The position numbers and the translations under genes were made by a program. This document shows, piece by piece, positions 9,351 to 18,379 of a stretch of DNA of 64,000 bases (its first letter is position 1; each line of letters starts with the position of its first letter). This DNA comes from an uncultured Candidatus Saccharibacteria bacterium (GTDB taxonomy: Bacteria > Patescibacteriota > Minisyncoccia > Phycocordibacterales > JACOZG01): assembly GCA_965230925.1 (NCBI GenBank), contig OZ246403.1, forward strand, positions 394,455 through 458,454, in the 5' to 3' direction. The notes below the pieces were generated by a model, which was not told the DNA's origin, did no database searches, and was given only the letters and a program-made list of their open reading frames with translations.

Positions 9351-9923
9351 TTATTCTTTGAAGCTCTTGAGAATTAAATTGAGGTTCGTGTGCCAAATAG
9401 TCTCGGTCGCCTTCTTGTCATCCACGGCACTCACGCTCCCCCCAAGCGCAAAAGAGGCTTCAGTAAACTCAAATCGGTAAGGTAAATTCTCGAGCAAGTG
9501 GAGAAAGCGGAAAATATTGACGAAGGTGCCGCTCGCCGCGAGAGAAAGCTGAAGCGCCGGCTGATCATTAATAGTTGTTGCTGATGTTCCATTAATCGCC
9601 GAGACCACCTTAGCCTCGCGACCCACCGCCTCCAGCTGCTTAATGAAGTCAGCGAGGGCCACAGGATTATTACCGTCTATGAAGTAGGCGGCCATCTTGG
9701 CTCGACCGGGTGCCGTTTGTTCGGAAGAACGTTTCAAAAGTTCGAAATTCTCTTTCTTTTTCTCAATCGTGATGAGCTCAGTAGACAGAGCGATAACCTC
9801 CCGGGCTTCGCGAGCGAGGAAAAATAGCGCTCCGGCGAGCAATATTAGCCCCACCGCGGCTGACCCCACCACGAGAATTAAGCTCAAGGATCCCGATCTC
9901 ATTTGTTTATTAACTTCCGGCAT
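9351..9923 (-). CDS. pilO: PilO-like type IV pilus assembly protein
   Basis: TM, coiled coil, GTFVNIFRFLHLLENLPY; follows pilM/pilN. Confidence 0.7.
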   Translation of the reverse strand: MPEVNKQMRSGSLSLILVVGSAAVGLILLAGALFFLAREAREVIALSTELITIEKKKENFELLKRSSEQTAPGRAKMAAYFIDGNNPVALADFIKQLEAVGREAKVVSAINGTSATTINDQPALQLSLAASGTFVNIFRFLHLLENLPYRFEFTEASFALGGSVSAVDDKKATETIWHTNLNLILKSFKE

Positions 9924-10458
9924 AGTTGAGTTCAATCGCGAGCGAGAAATTAATCGACCGTTCTTTAATGAGCGTTGATACTGGGTAACTCACCTTCTCA
10001 ATTCCGGGCGACGCTTCAAGCGCTTGGATAAAACCAAGAAATTGATCCCGGGTCCCAGCCGAGCCACCAAGAACCATGGCCCCCTTCCCTGCCTCAGTGC
10101 GTCTCACGGTAATCTGACCTAAACGAACACCGGCAGTCCTGGTGGTAACAACTTGCTCGAGAATGGCGCTGAAACGCTTGGTCTCGCCAGGCTCGACCAG
10201 AATCTTCACCTCTCGACTGGCTTCATCAAGTATAAGTTTGAGCTCGTCGAAGCGCTTGGTCTCCTCGCCTACCGAGGCCGTGGCCAAACTCTCTTCCAAA
10301 CTCTTACTCTTCGAGAGAAGGAGAATATAAAAAGAAACACTAATCGCGAGAGCAACAGCAACAACGCCGAGCAAGAGCGCACCAACCACCACCACCTGCC
10401 GCCGATGATACTCGTGGGCAAGCGCCTTTTTCTCTGCGAGTGAAAGAAGATTAATCAT
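9910..10458 (-). CDS. pilN: PilN-like type IV pilus assembly protein
   Basis: MINLL PilM-binding motif, TM, ferredoxin-like C-terminus. Confidence 0.78.
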   Translation of the reverse strand: MINLLSLAEKKALAHEYHRRQVVVVGALLLGVVAVALAISVSFYILLLSKSKSLEESLATASVGEETKRFDELKLILDEASREVKILVEPGETKRFSAILEQVVTTRTAGVRLGQITVRRTEAGKGAMVLGGSAGTRDQFLGFIQALEASPGIEKVSYPVSTLIKERSINFSLAIELNYAGS

Positions 10459-11543
10459 GATGGTAAAACCCGCCTGAGGGCGAGCCCAATCGCCGTAGTA
10501 TAACGCAAAGACTGGTTAAGGTTGATCGGCGGGATTACGTCGTCGAAAGAAAATAAATTCACCCAAGTATTAGCAAGCACCACCGGCACCCCGAGACTAA
10601 TGTTGAGATAATCAACAAGACCCGGCAAAGTAGCCTGGCCACCACAGAGAATAATTTTCTTCACCTCCACCTTGCCAACTCCCTGCTGATGATTGAGCCA
10701 ATAATCAAGCTGCTTGGTAATCTCGTCGCGAATGGCCGACACGAGCGGCACGAGGGCAAAAAAGGCTTCTTTCTCCGTGCCACCCGGCGCGAGACCACGC
10801 TCGATCTTGAGCTTCTCGGCCGCTTCATAACTCACCGCCAGCGTTTTCTGAATTGCTTTGGTTAAATCTTCGCCGCCAATATTATTGATCGTCGCGGTGA
10901 GAATAACTTGCGTGCCGCGAACGATGAAGAAACTGATGCGAGTTTTCCCAAAGTCAACGATAAGCGAGACTTCCGTCTGCTGATGCGGCACAAGAGCTCG
11001 AGCAATAGCTTGCGCCTCGATCTCGAGGGCAAGGGTGCGGAAACCAGCCGCGGCAAAAGCCTCGCTGTACATGGAGACGATGCGCTTCGGTAGTGCGGTA
11101 ACCACAAGGCTGAAGCTCGAATCAAGCGCCGTGGGCTCACTTAAAATCTCGTAATCAAAAACGGCGTCAGTGGCTGGAATAGGAATATGTTCCTCCAACT
11201 GAAGTTCAATACTACTGCGAATCTCCCCGCGCTTCATGAGGGGCAAACGCAAAGGCACAATATAGGCCGCTTCTTCTGGAAGCGAGGCTACAATATTCTT
11301 CACCCCATCGCGCTCACGGAGCACCTTAAGCGCCCCAACAAGCGCCTCGGTGTTCTCAATCTCGCCAGAGCGCACCGCGCCAAACGGAATGTCGGTCTCG
11401 CCAAATCGGCGCAAACCGAGGTGACCATGCTTACTCTCGAGTTCGACAAACTTCACCGACTGGTCAGACACATCCACACCAGCCGCCGGCATCGCAAGAT
11501 ACTCCGGCGGTGGGAAAAATTTTAATAGCGAAAAGCGGCTCAT
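10455..11543 (-). CDS. pilM: Type IV pilus assembly protein PilM
   Basis: GVDVSDQSVKFVEL, VDFGKTR, LCGGQA, AIGLALR (actin-like fold). Confidence 0.92.
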   Translation of the reverse strand: MSRFSLLKFFPPPEYLAMPAAGVDVSDQSVKFVELESKHGHLGLRRFGETDIPFGAVRSGEIENTEALVGALKVLRERDGVKNIVASLPEEAAYIVPLRLPLMKRGEIRSSIELQLEEHIPIPATDAVFDYEILSEPTALDSSFSLVVTALPKRIVSMYSEAFAAAGFRTLALEIEAQAIARALVPHQQTEVSLIVDFGKTRISFFIVRGTQVILTATINNIGGEDLTKAIQKTLAVSYEAAEKLKIERGLAPGGTEKEAFFALVPLVSAIRDEITKQLDYWLNHQQGVGKVEVKKIILCGGQATLPGLVDYLNISLGVPVVLANTWVNLFSFDDVIPPINLNQSLRYTTAIGLALRRVLPS

Positions 11544-11560
11544 GCCGCGTTTATTATAAC

Positions 11561-11947
11561 TTATTTTGAATTTTGGCGGTCTAGATAACTCTGGAGAATT
11601 AAAGCCGCGGCCCGCGCATCGGTCTCCTCATCCTTCTCTACCACCCGATTCGCTTCAGCGCTCGAGAAAATTTCACTCACCAACTCAACCGGCAAACCAA
11701 GCTCTTGCTCTAACTTACTTTTAAATTTCTTGGCTTCTGCCGTAATCTCATTCACCTCGCCCTTATACCCGCGCGTATCACCCATCACTATTTTCCCCAC
11801 CTTCTCTTTTTCACCCAACTCTTTTATTTTCCCTAATAAATGTCCATCATTGGCCCACACCGCATACGGAAAAGCCACCTTCCCCGTTTCATCAGACAAG
11901 GCAATCCCCACTCGCTTTGACCCATAATCGAGACCAAGAATTCGCAT
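11561..11947 (-). CDS. ruvX: RuvX/YqgF pre-16S maturation nuclease
   Basis: MRILGLDYGSKRVGIALSD; DARAAALILQSYLD. Confidence 0.93.
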   Translation of the reverse strand: MRILGLDYGSKRVGIALSDETGKVAFPYAVWANDGHLLGKIKELGEKEKVGKIVMGDTRGYKGEVNEITAEAKKFKSKLEQELGLPVELVSEIFSSAEANRVVEKDEETDARAAALILQSYLDRQNSK

Positions 11948-11990
11948 CCGTTAAGCATAACAAATCATTTGCTTGTGGTATACTGGTCGG

Positions 11991-12497
11991 GTGCCTGAGC
12001 TATATAAAAGGAGACCGAACGTTATCTGTTCCATCTGCCAAAAGTCCGTTTACCGTAGACCTTCGCAGCTGAAAGAAACTGATGGGAGAGCTTTTTGTAG
12101 CACAATTTGCTATGGTATTTATTGCCGCAAAGAGAAGCCCTGTATCGTATGTGGCGCCCCCATCTTATCGAGCTTGCACCGGAAAACTTGTTCGAGAAGT
12201 TGTGCCAATACTCACCGAGCAGGAATCAAATACAAAATCGGTAGTCCGAAGGATAAAGTAAAAAATAGCCGGGCGTTAAAAATCAGGCTACTGGAAGCCA
12301 GAGGAAAAAATTGCGAACGTTGTGGTTATGACAAATCTGAGATTCTGCAAGTTCATCACAAAGACCGAAACACCGATAATAATAAACTTGGGAATCTTGA
12401 ATTAATTTGTCCCAATTGCCACTGCGAGGAACACTACTTAGAAAAAAGTTGGCAAAATAATGGAGGGTTGCGCCGAATGGTAAGGCACCAGTCTTGA
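11991..12497 (+). CDS. HNH endonuclease with N-terminal Cys zinc-finger repeats, reading into tRNA-Ser
   Basis: CxxC...CSxxC repeats; CERCG...VHHKDRN...NLELICPNCHCEEH; TGGTATACT 6 nt before GTG 11991. Confidence 0.88.
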   Translation: MPELYKRRPNVICSICQKSVYRRPSQLKETDGRAFCSTICYGIYCRKEKPCIVCGAPILSSLHRKTCSRSCANTHRAGIKYKIGSPKDKVKNSRALKIRLLEARGKNCERCGYDKSEILQVHHKDRNTDNNKLGNLELICPNCHCEEHYLEKSWQNNGGLRRMVRHQS

Positions 12498-12546
12498 AAA
12501 CTGGGGCCCCGCAAGGGGCTTAGAGGTTCGAGTCCTCTACCCTCCG
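12462..12546 (+). tRNA. tRNA-Ser(TGA)
   Basis: GGAGGGT/ACCCTCC acceptor, CCAGT-CTTGAAA-ACTGG, long variable arm, G discriminator. Confidence 0.95.
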
Positions 12547-12579
12547 CCGAGTTATTATTTAACAGTCAAAAATAAATTT

Positions 12580-13104
12580 ATGAGCCAAGAAGAAAAAGTA
12601 GACGTGATAGACGAAAACGAAAACTTAATTAAAGTCGTTTCTAAATCAGAGGCGCACGCCAAAGGACTTCTTCATAAAACAGTGCTGGGTCAAATCGTAA
12701 ACTCTAAAGGAGAGTGGTTGCTAGTAAAACAATCTAGTACCAGACAAGATGCCGGACAATATGTCTCCCCCGTTGGCGGTCATATAACGAGCGGAGAGAC
12801 AAACGAAGAAGCTTTAAAAAGAGAAGTGGGTGAGGAAGTCGGGTTCACTGGTGATTTCAAATATGAATTGGTTGGCAAAAAGATCTTTGATCGTCATGTA
12901 ATAGGGAGGCACGAGAACCACTTTTTTATTGCGTATAAGATATACTCTGACAAAGAACCGATAATTAATGATGAATCGGACAGCTATAAATACTTTACCG
13001 AGGATGAAATTAAGAAGGAACTGAAAGATAATCCAAACCTATTCGGTGATGCTTTCCATTTTGTGGTTAAATCATTTTTCCCGTATTTATCAATAATAAA
13101 ATAA
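12580..13104 (+). CDS. NUDIX hydrolase (Idi/YfcD-like)
   Basis: GGHITSGETNEEALKREVGEEVG Nudix box. Confidence 0.88.
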   Translation: MSQEEKVDVIDENENLIKVVSKSEAHAKGLLHKTVLGQIVNSKGEWLLVKQSSTRQDAGQYVSPVGGHITSGETNEEALKREVGEEVGFTGDFKYELVGKKIFDRHVIGRHENHFFIAYKIYSDKEPIINDESDSYKYFTEDEIKKELKDNPNLFGDAFHFVVKSFFPYLSIIK

Positions 13105-13111
13105 TAAATTT

Positions 13112-13510
13112 ATGAATCGAGTTGTGCATTTTGAAATTCAGGCGGAAGATTTGGAACGCGCGGCGAAATTTTATCGCGAAGTGTTTGGCTGGGAAATTAA
13201 GAAGTGGGAAGGCGGGAGCATGGATTATTGGATGATCATGACGGCGCCGAAGGATTCCAAAGAACCCGGCATTAACGGTGGCCTCTTGCGCCGACCCTGC
13301 CCCGCACCCAAACCAGAACAAGGCACCAATGCCTATGTGTGCACCATGCAAGTTGAGAACTATGACGCGGTGGCAGAAAAAATTCTCGCTTCTGGTGGCG
13401 TAGTCGCCATGCCCAAATTTGCGATCCCCGGCATGGCCTGGCAAGGCTACTTCCTCGACACTGAAGGTAATACATTTGGGCTTCATCAAGCGGATACGAA
13501 GGCGGCGTGA
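13112..13510 (+). CDS. VOC/glyoxalase family protein
   Basis: VVHFEIQAEDLERAAKFYREVFGW; GYFLDTEGNTFGL. Confidence 0.9.
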   Translation: MNRVVHFEIQAEDLERAAKFYREVFGWEIKKWEGGSMDYWMIMTAPKDSKEPGINGGLLRRPCPAPKPEQGTNAYVCTMQVENYDAVAEKILASGGVVAMPKFAIPGMAWQGYFLDTEGNTFGLHQADTKAA

Positions 13511-13812
13511 TAAAAACAAATTACCAATTTAAATCTAAAGTTTGGCTTTATCCTGGCATGGCGGGATGGCACTTTTTGACCTTACCAAAAAAAGAATCGG
13601 CAAAAATTAAAAAAGATTTTGCGGCAATTAAGAAGGGTTGGGGTTCGCTCCCCATCATCGCCACTATCGGCCAGACCAAGTGGCAAACCTCCATCTTCCC
13701 CGACCGCCGCGCCGAGGCCTATCTCCTCCCCCTCAAGGCCACGGTGCGCAAAAAAGAACACATCCTTGCCGACGACACCATCAAGTTTTCGATCAAAATT
13801 TTAGTAAAATAA
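13507..13812 (+). CDS. DUF1905-like protein
   Basis: WHFLTLP, GWGSLPIIATIG, WQTSIFP, LLPLKATVRK. Confidence 0.8.
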   Translation: MIKTNYQFKSKVWLYPGMAGWHFLTLPKKESAKIKKDFAAIKKGWGSLPIIATIGQTKWQTSIFPDRRAEAYLLPLKATVRKKEHILADDTIKFSIKILVK

Positions 13813-13888
13813 TTAAACCAAAAACAATGTTGACGGCTTTAGTTTTGACTTATCTTTGTGATCACTCATCACATTCCTAAGGTTATAC

Positions 13889-13916
13889 TTGACAAAAAAA
13901 CAATAAACAGTATTGT
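13889..13916 (+). promoter_or_regulatory. Promoter of the EamA transporter gene
   Basis: TTGACA-16 bp-TATTGT. Confidence 0.5.
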
Positions 13917-13971
13917 GTATTAAGTTCTTTGTATAAAACATAAACCTTTTCCGGAGAAAGGACGGTAAGGG

Positions 13972-14832
13972 ATGCTCGTTGAAAAGAGGAAGAATGTTTT
14001 GGTTGGTATTTTAGGCGTTGTGGGCATCTGGATAACTGCGGGGATCGCGTTGCCGTTTGTGAACAAACTCAGCATGTTCACACCGGCACAACTCATGGTG
14101 TTTCGCGGATTGCTGACTGCCACCATGGCACTCATCGGACTTCGTGGACACATCGGGCGCGTGGACAAGTACACGTATCTCATCGCACTGACTTTGCCAT
14201 TTGCCACCCTCGGGTTGTTCGAGGGTATCAGGCACTGGGGCGCCGGGCCCACCATTATCATCATTACCGCGACCCCGCTAGTGAATCTCATCATCGGCAC
14301 TTTCTTGGGCCGACCGGTTTCGGGAGCTTCGATCATCGGGCTTGTTCTGGTGCTCGGTGGTGTGGTAGTGGCACGGTGGGGCGGAAACTTTCAATGGGTT
14401 GGGTTCGCGTGGACGTTGTTTGGCACAATTATGAATGGCGTTCTCTATGAGTTGTTCGCTCGCGCGAAGGCAACATCGCTCCAAAAGTGTTTCTACGCCT
14501 GTACTGGCATGGGAATACTAGGCTTCGTACTAAGCGTAAGCGCTGGCGCATCTTGGTCGGCCATCGCCGAACCGAAACTACTTCTCCTTGTTCTCGGGTT
14601 CGCGCTTGTTGGAGGGTTACTCTATTGGATTGCTAATCTGCTGGCATTCGAGAATCTCCCCACAACAGAAGCGAGTGTTCTTGCCCAAGGAGAAACTCCT
14701 GCGGTGATCATCGGCGCGAACCTTCTGCTCGGTGAAAACCTTACTCTCATTCAGTGGGTCGGAGTAGTAGTTGCGCTCGTTGGAGCTGGTTATCTCTCCT
14801 ACCGGATCGCCCAAAAGCCAAACCCAACCTGA
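13972..14832 (+). CDS. DMT/EamA family transporter
   Basis: About 10 TM segments, two EamA repeats, LLGENLTLIQWVG. Confidence 0.88.
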   Translation: MLVEKRKNVLVGILGVVGIWITAGIALPFVNKLSMFTPAQLMVFRGLLTATMALIGLRGHIGRVDKYTYLIALTLPFATLGLFEGIRHWGAGPTIIIITATPLVNLIIGTFLGRPVSGASIIGLVLVLGGVVVARWGGNFQWVGFAWTLFGTIMNGVLYELFARAKATSLQKCFYACTGMGILGFVLSVSAGASWSAIAEPKLLLLVLGFALVGGLLYWIANLLAFENLPTTEASVLAQGETPAVIIGANLLLGENLTLIQWVGVVVALVGAGYLSYRIAQKPNPT

Positions 14833-14862
14833 AAGGAAAAACGGAACAATAACAAAATCACA

Positions 14863-14899
14863 GGCTCGCGAATGGAAACTTCGCGAGCTTTTCTCTTTT
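14863..14899 (+). terminator. Rho-independent terminator
   Basis: GCTCGCGAA-TGGAAAC-TTCGCGAGC plus TTTTCTCTTTT. Confidence 0.75.
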
Positions 14900-15484
14900 T
14901 CAAAATTCCGGGGCAAACAATTTCCTCAGCACTTCTTTCTTCTCGGGGAAAATTTTGGCTTCGAGAAGTTTGGTAACCACTTCACGTTCGGAGAATCTCG
15001 GATCGAGCGCGAGGTCAATGAGCTCATCAAGGGTGACAGGTTTTAAAGTAATTTTCTCGCCGCCGTCGAGCGACGGCTCGGCCACCTTCTTTAAACCCTT
15101 GGCGACAAAGATATAAATTACCCAATCAATTTTACTCGTCGGATGCGTTGCTTCCCAGAGTTCGAAGTGCTCGGCCTGGTAACCTGTTTCTTCGAAAAGT
15201 TCCCGCTTCGCGGCAGCAAGCGGTTCTTCTCCTTCATCAATTCTTCCGCCGACGGCAGAAATAAATAGTTCTTTCCCGGGCTGTTCTTGCTCGGCCAAAA
15301 TAATTTTCCCATCGGGTAAAACCGGAAAAACAACTGCTGTATCCGGCCGTTTTAATTTCTCAAATATTACTTTCCGCCCATTATAAAGTTCTTGCTCCCA
15401 TTGATAAACGTCAAACATCACACCCGTAAAAACCTTCTTGGCATGTGGCGGGATTGGTTGTTTAGAAATGGGGCGCTTAATCAT
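14900..15484 (-). CDS. NUDIX hydrolase (ADP-ribose pyrophosphatase-like)
   Basis: GGRIDEGEEPLAAAKRELFEETG. Confidence 0.88.
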   Translation of the reverse strand: MIKRPISKQPIPPHAKKVFTGVMFDVYQWEQELYNGRKVIFEKLKRPDTAVVFPVLPDGKIILAEQEQPGKELFISAVGGRIDEGEEPLAAAKRELFEETGYQAEHFELWEATHPTSKIDWVIYIFVAKGLKKVAEPSLDGGEKITLKPVTLDELIDLALDPRFSEREVVTKLLEAKIFPEKKEVLRKLFAPEF

Positions 15485-16528
15485 CTAGCTACCGGCCGGT
15501 TCAACGATCGTTGCCGGTAATTCCACTGGCTCAGCGGGGCCAAAAATTTCTTCAAGGAGTTGTTCGGCGTTTACAAACGAGGTGGGCGGCGTAATATCCA
15601 CGGGTTTATTGTAATCAGAGAATGACCAATTGATTCTATAATTCCCACCAATCACGGCACCGCCGGGCACCGGTTGATTCTTCAAGTTCCCCAAAAGGCG
15701 TAAGCGGTACGGAAGATTATCTTTCTGCCCAATCCAAATTTCTCCAGTGGGCAAACTCATGGTATCGAGCATGGCGCGCACCTGATCGGCTTCACTCGCC
15801 GGCAAAGGCTGAGCGGCATCAAGGCCAGAAATCGCGGCGATCACCACTTCTTTCAAGCGGTCGCGATCTACGGCTACATTATAATGATAAGCTTTGAGAC
15901 CCTCGATCTTTTCCATTGGCAAGGTTTCGGTAACGGAGAGAAGGGAGAAAAGTTCTGCCGACGATTTCCACGGCTTCACTCCCCAGCCACTTGGATCAAT
16001 CTTCAACCAACGACCGCGGAAGGCCCGGGTATCAAAGAGCGGAATCTCCGGCACTTCATTGAGGTAAAGATAAATCTGATCATTCACGAGACGAAAATCG
16101 AGTTTGAGATTAAGGCGAGTGGGAATTACACCAGTTTCCGGGAGGCCATAAGCACTCAATTCTAAATTCTGATTCCACTTTGGAGCAGCTACATCGGCCC
16201 GATCCACTTCTCCGCTCGCCTGGAGACTAATCACCCCCGCCTCAGCCATACCACCCTCACTCTCGCGGTTGAAACTTAAACTAAAGTCAGTAGAAGTGTG
16301 ACTCGATTTAATCCCGGCACGAGTCGCGAGCATATTTGCCCACACTTTCTCTGGTGGATGGAAAATAGTTTCGAAGTAAGTGAAGTAGGCGTACGTTCCA
16401 CCAGCGCCAAGGAGAAGCAAGAGAACAAGAATAATAAACCACCAGGGACGATTTTTTGTCTCCACCACTTCTTCATGATGGCGCGGCATCGCCATCAATT
16501 GCTTCATCGGATCAAAAGGCTCGGGCAT
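15485..16528 (-). CDS. Membrane-anchored extracellular protein, LppX/LolA-like beta fold suspected
   Basis: TM near the N-terminus; GRWLKID, GEIWIGQKD, FSDYNKPVDITPP; start set to ATG 16528. Confidence 0.6.
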   Translation of the reverse strand: MPEPFDPMKQLMAMPRHHEEVVETKNRPWWFIILVLLLLLGAGGTYAYFTYFETIFHPPEKVWANMLATRAGIKSSHTSTDFSLSFNRESEGGMAEAGVISLQASGEVDRADVAAPKWNQNLELSAYGLPETGVIPTRLNLKLDFRLVNDQIYLYLNEVPEIPLFDTRAFRGRWLKIDPSGWGVKPWKSSAELFSLLSVTETLPMEKIEGLKAYHYNVAVDRDRLKEVVIAAISGLDAAQPLPASEADQVRAMLDTMSLPTGEIWIGQKDNLPYRLRLLGNLKNQPVPGGAVIGGNYRINWSFSDYNKPVDITPPTSFVNAEQLLEEIFGPAEPVELPATIVEPAGS

Positions 16529-16547
16529 AACTATTTTATTGTATACT

Positions 16548-17030
16548 ATGAGACAAAAGGAGCCAATGGAAAATGAAACTCTAATGAGCTGGCAAGTGGT
16601 TACCCCGGAACCAAAACCCGGGAATGACTGGCGGCTCGCTATTAGTCTTGGGGGCTTGGGGTTAACCTTGCTTGCCTTGGGGTTAAAAAATTTTCTTTTT
16701 GCCTTAATTATTATTATTGGCACCGCCACCTTACTTGTAGCCCGCCGTCATCGCAATCCTCACACCACCTATAGTATAGGTAGCCGCGGCCTGGTGATTG
16801 GTCGACAGCTCTATCCTTACGACAGTCTAGAATCATTTTGGATTCACGACACCGAGCTTGGTCGACGACTCAGTATTAAGTCTGACAAGGTCTTTGTCCC
16901 CTATCTCATCTTACCGCTTCTGCCAGATCATGACTTAGAAGAAGTTCGTGATTTACTGCTTGCCTTTCTCGAGGAAGATAGGCATGATGAATCTCTGGTC
17001 GAGGCCGTCACCGAGTTTCTGGTATCGTAA
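16548..17030 (+). CDS. Two-TM conserved hypothetical protein (PH-like C-terminus)
   Basis: Two TMs; LYPYDSLESFWI. Confidence 0.7.
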   Translation: MRQKEPMENETLMSWQVVTPEPKPGNDWRLAISLGGLGLTLLALGLKNFLFALIIIIGTATLLVARRHRNPHTTYSIGSRGLVIGRQLYPYDSLESFWIHDTELGRRLSIKSDKVFVPYLILPLLPDHDLEEVRDLLLAFLEEDRHDESLVEAVTEFLVS

Positions 17031-17047
17031 GTATCCGTAGCCCAAAG

Positions 17048-17119
17048 GCTCCCGTAGTTCAACGGATAGAACGCAAGATTGCGGATCTTGTAATCGAGGT
17101 TCGATTCCTCGCGGGAGCA
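17048..17119 (+). tRNA. tRNA-Arg(GCG)
   Basis: GCTCCCG/CGGGAGC acceptor, CAAGA-TTGCGGA-TCTTG, GGTTCGATTCC. Confidence 0.94.
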
Positions 17120-17123
17120 CCTT

Positions 17124-18353
17124 TTGCCAAATAAAAAGTCATTGTTTCTCTGGTCCCTCTACGACTTTGCCAACTCGATCGTCTTGATGGCTTTCCTTTT
17201 CTACTTTTCCCAATGGCTCGCAGTAGATCAAGGGAAACCCGCCTGGTGGTACAACGCCGCCCTAATCATTTCTTCAGCTCTCACCGTCTTCACTGCGCCG
17301 TTTGTCAGTAAGAAGATTGATGCGACAGGAAAAAAGATCGGCGGCTTACGCTTCTGGACCGTTCTCACTTTGGTGGGCTACGTTACGGTGGCACTACTTG
17401 CCATGCTCACAGATGGCTTCGAGCTTCTTGCCACTATTTTATACACCTTGGCAACTTACGCCTATCTCGTATCGTTTCTCTACTTCACCCCAATGCTCAA
17501 CGATCTCTCGACACAAGAAAATCGTTCGTGGCGTTCCGGCATCGGTCAGGGTGCCAATGCGACTGGTCAAGTGGTTGGAATTCTTATTGCCTTACCGTTT
17601 GCAAATGGGCTCACCCTCTTCGGCGATCCTGGCCGAGCCCAAGCACTACTCCCAGCCACAATTATTTTCGGCCTACTTGCACTCCCAATGTTACTTTGGT
17701 ATCGGGATAAACCTCAAACGAAAAACCTTTCCGTCCAGTCACAAGCCAAGCTAAATATTTTCACCCTACTGAAAGAAGTCTTTTCTCACAAAACACTGGC
17801 CCTGATTTTATTATCTTATTTTTTGTTCAGCGATGCCCTCCTTACCTTTGCCAATAATTTTCCCCTTTATTTAGAAACGGTGCACCACGCCAGCGACACA
17901 ACAAAGTCTCTCCTCACCGCGAGCATCTTAATTCTTGGCGCTCTTGGCTCTTTGATCTTTGGAAAAATTGCCGACAAAAAGGGTCGTCTCCCCACCCTCA
18001 CGGCAATTCTTGGCATCTGGGTGATTCTTTTCTTCGCAATGGCATTGATCATTGAGTTTAAAATCTTGATCCCAATTTTTCTCTTTGCGGGAATTATGTT
18101 TGGCCCGGTGTGGAGCATTAGTCGCGCCCTGGTTGGCGACCTAGCACCACCACACCTTGTCGCTTCTTCCTACAGTTATTACGTCGTCGCAGAACGATTT
18201 GCCACCTTCACGGGACCACTCCTGTGGAGCTTTGCTCTCATTACTCAAGGTGAGGATGCTCGCGGTTATCAAGTCGCACTCCTCTTTATGATGGGTCTTG
18301 TAGTAATCAGTTTGTTTACTTTAAGATCCGCCGCGCAGGCACAAAAAATCTAA
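17124..18353 (+). CDS. MFS transporter (UMF1/Atg22-like)
   Basis: WSLYDFANS motif, 12 TMs, GKIADKKG. Confidence 0.88.
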   Translation: MPNKKSLFLWSLYDFANSIVLMAFLFYFSQWLAVDQGKPAWWYNAALIISSALTVFTAPFVSKKIDATGKKIGGLRFWTVLTLVGYVTVALLAMLTDGFELLATILYTLATYAYLVSFLYFTPMLNDLSTQENRSWRSGIGQGANATGQVVGILIALPFANGLTLFGDPGRAQALLPATIIFGLLALPMLLWYRDKPQTKNLSVQSQAKLNIFTLLKEVFSHKTLALILLSYFLFSDALLTFANNFPLYLETVHHASDTTKSLLTASILILGALGSLIFGKIADKKGRLPTLTAILGIWVILFFAMALIIEFKILIPIFLFAGIMFGPVWSISRALVGDLAPPHLVASSYSYYVVAERFATFTGPLLWSFALITQGEDARGYQVALLFMMGLVVISLFTLRSAAQAQKI

Positions 18354-18379
18354 ACCAGTCTTTTTGCTATACTGATAAG

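Noticed and set aside
12547-14832. tRNA-Ser-anchored genomic island
   Set aside because: Accessory genes follow the tRNA, but I found no duplicated tRNA-Ser 3' end or integrase.
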